Shown here: positions 25,711 through 32,000 of the stretch, piece by piece
Layout: each line of letters starts with the position of its first letter
Numbering within the stretch: position 1 is the stretch's first letter
Source: Halomicronema hongdechloris C2206
GTDB taxonomy: Bacteria > Cyanobacteriota > Cyanobacteriia > Phormidesmidales > Phormidesmidaceae
Reading direction: 5' to 3'
NCBI RefSeq assembly: GCF_002075285.3
Contig: NZ_CP021983.2
Coordinates: forward strand, 660,001 to 692,000
DNA length: 32,000 nucleotides
Program-made: the position numbers and the translations under genes
The notes under the pieces: model-generated
Database searches by the model: none
What the model was told of the DNA's origin: nothing
The model's input: only the letters and a program-made list of their open reading frames with translations

Positions 25711-25743
25711 TCGTCGAGACTCGAGTGATTGCTTAAGTAATTG

Positions 25744-25781
25744 CCCCCGCTGGTGGGGGTACAATATGCCGTGTCCCCACC
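25744..25781. terminator. Overlapping hairpins between the convergent sigma factor and terC genes (possible bidirectional terminator)
   Basis: One hairpin is CCCCC (25744-25748) paired with GGGGG (25755-25759). The other is GGTGGGG (25752-25758) paired with CCCCACC (25775-25781). Neither is followed by a clear U-tract. Confidence 0.3.
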
Positions 25782-25788
25782 AATTGGG

Positions 25789-26616
25789 TTAACGCCATCT
25801 GGTCAATTCCGGCTCCGATGTTTGTCGCTCAGAGGGCTCCAGACTATCGGTAGACTCGTTCAGGACAGGCGCAGGGGCGGTGGGATCTGACTCCCAAGCG
25901 GCGGTTTCCCTGACGGCTTCATCGGTTAAGGACGGCAGCACACAACTGGTGCGCTTCGAGAAGCCCCAGGCGAATAATGCCACAATCAGGGATACCATAA
26001 CCCACTCCGGAGGCACCCACTCTGGATTGATCACCCGCAGCAGCAGTCGCAGGCCCACGAAAGCCACGGTGATGAATCCAGCATCTTCTAGATATTCATA
26101 TTCATCCAGCCAACGAATGAAGAGCCCGGCCAGGAACCGCAGGGTAATGATGCCGATGGCGCCCCCCAGCATGATAATCCAGACTTCCCGGGAGAGGGCA
26201 ATGGCGGTGGTGACGCTGTCTAGGGAAAAGGCTAGATCGGTGAAGGCAATGACTGGAATCGCTTGCCAGAGATTGGCAAAGCGAGGGCCATGGTGATGGT
26301 GGGCGGCATCTTCGTCGCCGGTGAAGTGCTGATACACCAACCAGAGTAAATAAAGGGCCCCAGCCACTTCAAATTGCCAGAAATGGAGCACCCAACTGGC
26401 AGTGAGAATCAAGGCCATGCGTAGGCCAAAGGCGACCACCAACCCTAAGTTCAGGGCTCGTCGTTGTTGGGTTTCGGAACTCAAGCCCTGGGCAATGGCC
26501 GCCAATGCGATCGCATTATCGGCTGACAACACTGCTTCCAATGCCACCAGTACCGGCAACAGTAATAGGGTATCGACCCCCAGGTTGGATGAAAACTCTA
26601 GCAAGCGATCCAGCAT
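25789..26616 (-). CDS. terC: TerC-family integral membrane protein
   Basis: LEAVLSADNAIALAAIA, ...FTDLAFSLDSV.TA.A.S and multiple TM helices. Start taken at ATG 26616 (MLDRLLEF...). The track start at 26691 adds a non-hydrophobic 25-aa extension. Confidence 0.85.
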   Translation of the reverse strand: MLDRLLEFSSNLGVDTLLLLPVLVALEAVLSADNAIALAAIAQGLSSETQQRRALNLGLVVAFGLRMALILTASWVLHFWQFEVAGALYLLWLVYQHFTGDEDAAHHHHGPRFANLWQAIPVIAFTDLAFSLDSVTTAIALSREVWIIMLGGAIGIITLRFLAGLFIRWLDEYEYLEDAGFITVAFVGLRLLLRVINPEWVPPEWVMVSLIVALFAWGFSKRTSCVLPSLTDEAVRETAAWESDPTAPAPVLNESTDSLEPSERQTSEPELTRWR

Positions 26617-27009
26617 GCAAGCAGTGTCCTTTAACAGGGAAGATGGGCTGAGAAGCTGGGATCTAGCCCCATTTCGGGGTAGCCACAGCATGGTTCTAGA
26701 ATACTCCCTGGAGTCTGGGCCAGGGAACTCTGTTTCATGCTAACGAAGATCCCCAATTGCCATCGACGCTCTGAGTCGACTGAACGACTCTAAGCGCTAA
26801 TATGCCAAGAACATCTTAAAAAGCCTGCCAGGTAAGCGTTGTCAAGACGTTAGCGATCTTGCTTGAGCGTTTACAGTGATGCCGAAAACCTTGCCCTGAC
26901 GGCTATTTCGGCGTTTTGCCAATCACCTCTAAGCCAGATGGCCCCTTGTCATCGTCGTGATCGCCACCGCCAGTCAGCTGGGCCAGAGCACTAGCCACCA
27001 TCCCCATCC

Positions 27010-28740
27010 CTAAGATTTGGCGGCCTTGCGGGCGGCTGCCTTCGCTTTCTGTTTTTCTTTGGCTTTCTGGCGCTTGGCAGCAGCCTTAGCCGCTTGCTCT
27101 GCATCCAGGGCCGCTTGGCGGACCTGGGCGTCTTCCTCGGCTAATTTTTCTAAATAGTAGTGGTAATCTCCGCGGTAGAGGCGCAACTGGCCATCGCGAA
27201 TCTCGACAATCTTGTTGGCCACCTGAGAGATGAAGTAGCGGTCGTGGGAGACCATCAAAGCGGTGCCGTCGTAATGCTGCAGGGCAGCTTCTAGCATCTC
27301 TTTAGCGGGAATGTCTAAGTGGTTGGTGGGCTCATCTAAGATGAGTAAATTGGCCGGTTGCAATAGCATTTTGGCCAAAGCCAGACGCGCCTTTTCACCG
27401 CCACTGAGGGTGCGCACCGGCTTAAATACCACATCACCACTAAACAGAAACTGCCCCAGTAAACGCCGCACTTCTTCGTTGGTCCAGTCAGGGACTTCGT
27501 TGTGCAGGGTATCGAGGACGGTTTTATTGAGGTCTAGGGCTTCAGCCTGGTTCTGCTCGAAATAGCCGGGGATGACATTGTGCTGCCCCAGGGAGACTCG
27601 GCCCTCACTGGGACGCTCTAACCCCATCATCAGCCGCAACAGGGTAGACTTGCCCGACCCATTCGGCCCTAGGAAGGCGATGCGATCGCCCCGCTCGATC
27701 AACAGATTGGCCTCTAGAAATAGAATCTGGTCACCATAGGCATGGGTGAGGTCCTTGATGATAACGACGTCGCGACCGCTGCGAGGGGCCGGGGGAAACT
27801 GGAATTTTAAGGACTTGAGTTTAGCCGTGGGCGCCTCGACCCGCTCCAATTTCTCCAGTTGCTTTTCCCGGCTCTTGGCCTGGGTGCTGCGGGTAGCACT
27901 GGCTCGGAAGCGCTCGATGAAGGCCTGCTGTTCGGCAATTTCCTTCTGTTGGCGCTCGTAGGCACTGAGTTGAGCCGCCTGCTGCTCAGCTTTTTGAGCC
28001 AAGTAAGCGCTGTAGTTACCCAGGTAGGTGGTCGATATGCCCCGCTCTGTCTCCACAATCTGGGTGCAGAGGCGGTCGAGGAACTCCCGGTCGTGGGAGA
28101 TGAGGACCATGGGGGTGGTGAGTCCCTTGAGATAATTCTCCAGCCACTCAATCGTCTCTAGATCGAGGTGGTTGGTGGGCTCGTCTAGGAGCAGCAGATC
28201 GGGATTCTGTAGCAAAATTTTGCCCAAACTCATGCGCATCTGCCAGCCGCCACTGAACTCGCTGACGTAGCGGTCAGCAGCTTCGACGGTAAAACCCATC
28301 TCGGGCAGAATTTTTTCGATGCGGGCTTCTAGGCCATAGCCACCTAGAGCTTCGAAGTGGCGCTGCTGCTGATCTAATTCGTGGATCAGCCGCTCTAACT
28401 CATCGGGGTCAGCCGTTTCCATCTGGGCGGGAATGGTGTGGTGAATGGCATGCTGAACCGCATTGGCTTCGCTGAAGACGGTCCAAAATTCATCCCGGAC
28501 GGTGCGGGATGGATCTACCTCAAACTCTTGAGTCAGGTAGGCAATGCGCAGATCGGCAGGCCGCACCACGGTGCCGCTGGTGGGCTCTTCTTCGCCGGCA
28601 ATGATCTTGAGCTGGGTGGATTTACCGGCCCCATTCACCCCGACCAGGCCGATGCGGTCGCCGGGTTTGATTTCCCAGGTTACGTCTTTCAACACCTCAC
28701 CCGTGGGATAGATTTTACCGATGTTTTCCAGACGCAGCAT
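27010..28740 (-). CDS. ABC-F family ATPase (tandem ABC domains, no TM domain, Lys/Ala-rich C-terminal tail)
   Basis: Two Walker A motifs (GVNGAGKST, GPNGSGKST), two signature motifs (FSGGWQMR, LSGGEKAR), two Walker B motifs (LLLLDEPTNHLD, LLILDEPTNHLD) and an inter-domain linker. Start at ATG 28740 (MLRLENIGK). Confidence 0.9.
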   Translation of the reverse strand: MLRLENIGKIYPTGEVLKDVTWEIKPGDRIGLVGVNGAGKSTQLKIIAGEEEPTSGTVVRPADLRIAYLTQEFEVDPSRTVRDEFWTVFSEANAVQHAIHHTIPAQMETADPDELERLIHELDQQQRHFEALGGYGLEARIEKILPEMGFTVEAADRYVSEFSGGWQMRMSLGKILLQNPDLLLLDEPTNHLDLETIEWLENYLKGLTTPMVLISHDREFLDRLCTQIVETERGISTTYLGNYSAYLAQKAEQQAAQLSAYERQQKEIAEQQAFIERFRASATRSTQAKSREKQLEKLERVEAPTAKLKSLKFQFPPAPRSGRDVVIIKDLTHAYGDQILFLEANLLIERGDRIAFLGPNGSGKSTLLRLMMGLERPSEGRVSLGQHNVIPGYFEQNQAEALDLNKTVLDTLHNEVPDWTNEEVRRLLGQFLFSGDVVFKPVRTLSGGEKARLALAKMLLQPANLLILDEPTNHLDIPAKEMLEAALQHYDGTALMVSHDRYFISQVANKIVEIRDGQLRLYRGDYHYYLEKLAEEDAQVRQAALDAEQAAKAAAKRQKAKEKQKAKAAARKAAKS

Positions 28741-28916
28741 AGAGACACTCCAAGGGTTCAACGGACCAATCGACCCAACCACCGACTAGCCATCACCGCC
28801 ACTTTAACAAAGTTAACGATAAGTTCCAGGGGGGCAACCACAATCGGGTCACCACAAGAGGCCCTGGTTCGGCCATAGAGGAGCTCTGCCGAGTCGCCAG
28901 CGCTGCAGGGCCAGGG

Positions 28917-30227
28917 CTAGTTGTCGGATTGAACCGGAAGGGGACCCGGGCGTACGGTGATGGTGCGATCGCGTCCCTCCCGACGCACGTCTATGGGCAG
29001 CGACTCCCCAATTTGGCTTTGGTCCACCTGTTGCTGCACATCGGTGCCATCTTCGATGGCGTTACCGTTAATCGCCTTAATCACATCTCCCGGTTGCAGG
29101 CCAGCTTCATCCGCCGGAGACCCCGATAGGACTTCGACGATCAAGACGCCGGTCTCATCCTCGGGAATGGTGATATCACTGCCAGGGGCAGTATTAATCC
29201 GCTGTTTCACCTGGGGGGTGAGGGTGACCATTTGAATGCCCAGGAAGGGATGCTCGGCTCTACCATCGGTGGCCAGTTGCTGGGCAATATCCTGCACCGT
29301 ATTGATGGGAATGGCGAAGCCAATGCCCTGGGCCCCCTGAATGATGGCGGTGTTCATGCCAATCACCTGCCCCTGGCTATTAAGCAGGGGACCGCCAGAA
29401 TTGCCGGGATTGATGGCAGTATCAGTCTGGATGAAGGCCACCCGTTTATCAGGCACCCCCACATCGCTACTGGTACGCCCGGTGGCGCTGATAATACCTG
29501 CCGTCACGGTGTTATCGAGACCGAGGGGATTGCCAATGGCAATGGCCCACTGGCCGGGTTGAATCTGCTCAGAATCGCTGAGGGTAACGGTGGGGAGATC
29601 TTGAGCATCAATGTCAATCACTGCCACATCCGTGACTGGATCTGTGCCCAAGACTTCCCCTTCAAAGGTGCGACCGTCCTTGAGGGTGACCTGTACCGTG
29701 TCGGCCCCCTCGACCACATGGGCATTGGTGATGATCTGACCATCGGCCTGGGTGATAAAGCCAGACCCCAGCCCCTGTTGCCGTCGCTCTGGGGCCGGCA
29801 TGGGAATTTGGTCGCCGAAGAAGCGGCGAAACATGGGATCTTTGAAGATCTCCGGCACTTGGGTGGTGACCGTGCGGGAGGCATCAATGCGGACCACGGC
29901 TGGTCCTACCTGGTTCACGATGGCAGCGACAAAGTCAGGATTTCCCGGTGCGATGGCTCTAGATTGGGCATCGATGGTTGCATCCGGCACCTGAGCACTG
30001 GCATTGTCAACGGTGTTTCCAGTGGCGGTGGGCTCAGAGGGTTGGGAGGAGCGCAGCACCGTCGTACCAGCGGTGGCAATCCCCGCCCCTAAGAGCACTA
30101 GGGCTACGGGGGTGAGCCAGCGCCGCCCCTGGCGATGGAAGGGGACCTTGGCAACGGGACCTGCCTGCCCAGTCGAGGCAGAGTTGGCGTCATTGTGACG
30201 GGCGTGATTCTGAGGTGAGTTGACCAT
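28917..30227 (-). CDS. HtrA/DegP-family periplasmic serine endoprotease with one PDZ domain (HhoA/HhoB/HtrA group)
   Basis: Catalytic blocks are present: ITNAHVV, DVAVIDI, TDTAINPGNSGGPLL. A PDZ-like segment follows (GLQPGDVIKAINGNAI), and there is an N-terminal anchor helix. Confidence 0.9.
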   Translation of the reverse strand: MVNSPQNHARHNDANSASTGQAGPVAKVPFHRQGRRWLTPVALVLLGAGIATAGTTVLRSSQPSEPTATGNTVDNASAQVPDATIDAQSRAIAPGNPDFVAAIVNQVGPAVVRIDASRTVTTQVPEIFKDPMFRRFFGDQIPMPAPERRQQGLGSGFITQADGQIITNAHVVEGADTVQVTLKDGRTFEGEVLGTDPVTDVAVIDIDAQDLPTVTLSDSEQIQPGQWAIAIGNPLGLDNTVTAGIISATGRTSSDVGVPDKRVAFIQTDTAINPGNSGGPLLNSQGQVIGMNTAIIQGAQGIGFAIPINTVQDIAQQLATDGRAEHPFLGIQMVTLTPQVKQRINTAPGSDITIPEDETGVLIVEVLSGSPADEAGLQPGDVIKAINGNAIEDGTDVQQQVDQSQIGESLPIDVRREGRDRTITVRPGPLPVQSDN

Positions 30228-30522
30228 GGGAGTAACCTTTGCGCAAGTAATGTAGCTGCAATCGATACCAGAGCTCGATGGCGAATCTCCTACTGTTGAG
30301 GAAACGCTACGGCCGCCTGATGTCCGAGGTCAGTGCGAACTGGAGCCTAGGCGGATCGTGGCAGGATCTTTGCCGAGACCGTTAGAGCTCTTTACCATCT
30401 ACCCTAACGAGACTCTATGACACGACCATGGCGAGGTTGTCACAAGGCTGTGAAGCTGCGTTCCCTACTTTGCGATCCCTACTTAGAGTTTTACCCCATG
30501 CCCTTTCTACTGCCTGCCCCCT

Positions 30523-31455
30523 ATGCAACAGCGATTCCTACAGATTGCTTCGGTTGCCTTGGCTGTTAGCTTGTTTAGCTTAGCAGCCTGGCGATTAACT
30601 CAGGAGTTCCAGCAGTATCCGCCCCAGCAAATTTGGCAAAGCTTACTGACGATTCCGACGGAATCGGCGCTGGTGGCAGCGGTCTTAGTCGTGCTCAACT
30701 ACGGTGTGCTCACCAGCTACGATACGCTGGCGGTGCGATTTGTCAAACGGCCGCTGCGCTATAGCCAAACGGCACTGGTGGCCATTACCAGTTATGGCCT
30801 CAGCAACAGCATTGGGTTTACTCTCTTGAGCAGCAGTGCCATTCGCTATCGTTTCTATCTCGCTTGGGGGCTGTCGCCTTTAACCATTGCCCGCATCATT
30901 ATCTTTTGTAATCTCAGCTTCTGGGTGGGAGTGCTTACCCTATGTGGGGTTGTCTTTTTGACCGCTTCCTTGTCGCTGCCTGCCGCTTTGAACTTACCGT
31001 TTCAATCCTTACAGGTCTTGGGCAGCGTCTGTCTAGCCATTATCTTGGGGTACTTAGGCTGGAATGCTCTGAGCCAGAAGGCCTTGCAGATCGGTCGCTG
31101 GCGACTGCCCCATGTACCGATGAAGCTGGCTCTAGTCCAAGTTGCCGTCACCTCTCTGGACTGGGTCACAGAGGCAGCTATTCTGTACATATTGTTGCCG
31201 CCCTTGCCTCTGACTTTGCATGGCTTTGTGGGAGTCTATGTATTGGGGCAGCTGGCTGGGATCTTCAGCCATGTGCCAGGGGGATTGGGGGTGTTCGAGA
31301 CGGTGCTGCTGCTGATCCTATCGCCTCCCTTGCCAGCCGATGCCTTGCTGGCATCGCTGTTGGCGTTTCGGGCCATTTACTATGGCCTGCCCCTATTGGC
31401 AGCCTGCCTACTGTTGGGGAGCTATGAGTTACATCGCGATATGGAACGAGGCTAA
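30523..31455 (+). CDS. Lysylphosphatidylglycerol-synthase-TM-region / YbhN-family (UPF0104, flippase-like) membrane protein
   Basis: 310-aa polytopic ORF. It has LNYGVLTSYD.LA......L.Y.....A.ITSY..SNSIGF..L....IRYRFY and a late PGGLGVFE block typical of the family. Confidence 0.7.
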   Translation: MQQRFLQIASVALAVSLFSLAAWRLTQEFQQYPPQQIWQSLLTIPTESALVAAVLVVLNYGVLTSYDTLAVRFVKRPLRYSQTALVAITSYGLSNSIGFTLLSSSAIRYRFYLAWGLSPLTIARIIIFCNLSFWVGVLTLCGVVFLTASLSLPAALNLPFQSLQVLGSVCLAIILGYLGWNALSQKALQIGRWRLPHVPMKLALVQVAVTSLDWVTEAAILYILLPPLPLTLHGFVGVYVLGQLAGIFSHVPGGLGVFETVLLLILSPPLPADALLASLLAFRAIYYGLPLLAACLLLGSYELHRDMERG

Positions 31456-31457
31456 CT

Positions 31458-32000
31458 ATGTTTATCAACTACATCACCTTGATGCTGACCAATCTGGCCG
31501 CCGGGTTGGTCTTGCTAGCGGCCTATGTCTACTGGGGCTTAGACAGTAAGCAGCAGACCCTGTGGATTCCTGGGTTCGGAGTGGTCGGTGCGATCGCATT
31601 AGTCACCGGGCTCCCCATGATTTGGACCTGGCCAGTACCAGGGGTCTTCAACATGGCCTTCGGGGAATGCTCGGTGCTATTCGGCATTCTCTTCGCCGGT
31701 ACCTCCATCGCCCTCGCCCAGCGCTGGGAGCTTTTCACCTTAGCCGTCTACGGATTCTTCGCTGGCTTGGCCGCCATCGTCTATGGCATCCGCATCATCG
31801 ATCTGGGCCTGACCCTAAAACCCGTGGTTTCCGGCCTGGGCTTTATTCTCAGTGGCCTGGGCGGAGTCTGCGCCGCTCCCATGTTGTCCCTCAAGGGCAA
31901 TAAGGGCCTGCGACTCATCGCCGCGCTCATTCTACTCATCGCCGCCCTGATTTGGCTGTGGACGGATCTATTTGCCATCTGGAACCACATGCAAGGCTAC
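31458..32000 (+). CDS. Integral membrane protein, probably DUF981 family; 3' end outside the window (181 codons, no stop)
   Basis: This ORF is not in the supplied track. The ATG at 31458 lies 2 nt after the upstream TAA. My manual translation reads MFINYITLMLTNLAAGLVLLAAYVYWGLDSKQQTLWIPGFGVVGAIALVTGLPMIWTWPVPGVFNMAFGECSVLFGILFAG... through base 32000 without a stop. The product is strongly hydrophobic with at least 5 helices. Confidence 0.6.
   Translation, partial: MFINYITLMLTNLAAGLVLLAAYVYWGLDSKQQTLWIPGFGVVGAIALVTGLPMIWTWPVPGVFNMAFGECSVLFGILFAGTSIALAQRWELFTLAVYGFFAGLAAIVYGIRIIDLGLTLKPVVSGLGFILSGLGGVCAAPMLSLKGNKGLRLIAALILLIAALIWLWTDLFAIWNHMQGY

Noticed and set aside
26617-26860. Manganese (yybP-ykoY) riboswitch upstream of the TerC-family gene
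   Set aside because: TerC genes are often preceded by this riboswitch, and the minus strand has GGGAGTAT and TTGACA. However, they occur in the wrong order and about 140 nt apart. The second conserved half (UUGACA...AGCAAGACC) is absent downstream of the GGGAGUA element.
26911-27009. 34-aa minus-strand ORF (MGMVASALAQLTGGGDHDDDKGPSGLEVIGKTPK) just downstream of the ABC-F gene
   Set aside because: It has no hydrophobic helix, no known small-protein pattern (not Hlip-like) and no ribosome-binding site. It cannot be supported from sequence alone.
29232-30092. 286-aa plus-strand ORF, the longest unassigned ORF in the track
   Set aside because: It lies entirely antisense to the well-supported HtrA protease gene. 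Its translation is G/R/H/I-rich with no motif. High-GC coding regions often keep the opposite strand open.

Overview
This window looks like ordinary core chromosome of a moderately GC-rich cyanobacterium. It carries psaD, psb30/ycf12 and a group 2 sigma-70 factor. By hand I count about 21 exact copies of the cyanobacterial HIP1 octamer GCGATCGC. I can support 31 protein-coding loci. They cover isoprenoid, tryptophan and cobalt-chelatase metabolism, two K+ channels, BioY, LspA, a class A PBP, RlpA, HtrA, an ABC-F ATPase, TerC, a transketolase-like enzyme and several DUF or hypothetical proteins. I found no rRNA, tRNA, CRISPR array, transposase, integrase or phage-like gene. I also found no convincing novel multi-gene system, and I say so plainly. 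The observations most worth a second look are these. (1) Four genes within about 10 kb are disrupted: the FHA-PBP1A gene, rlpA, an RCK K+ channel with an in-frame amber codon, and an alpha/beta hydrolase with one to three frameshifts. This means either assembly error or real gene decay. (2) Two HLR1 (RpaB-box) motifs lie in a 765-bp leader upstream of the sigma factor gene, and a weaker one lies at psaD. (3) There are unusual domain fusions: FHA fused to a class A PBP, and a zinc ribbon on a Kv-type channel. (4) A 337-bp convergent spacer contains an 86% purine tract, a G-quadruplex motif, a perfect 9-bp GC hairpin and a tRNA T-arm-like segment. (5) A 181-codon membrane-protein ORF at the right edge is missing from the supplied ORF track. 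All family assignments come from motif recognition by eye, and no database search was possible.
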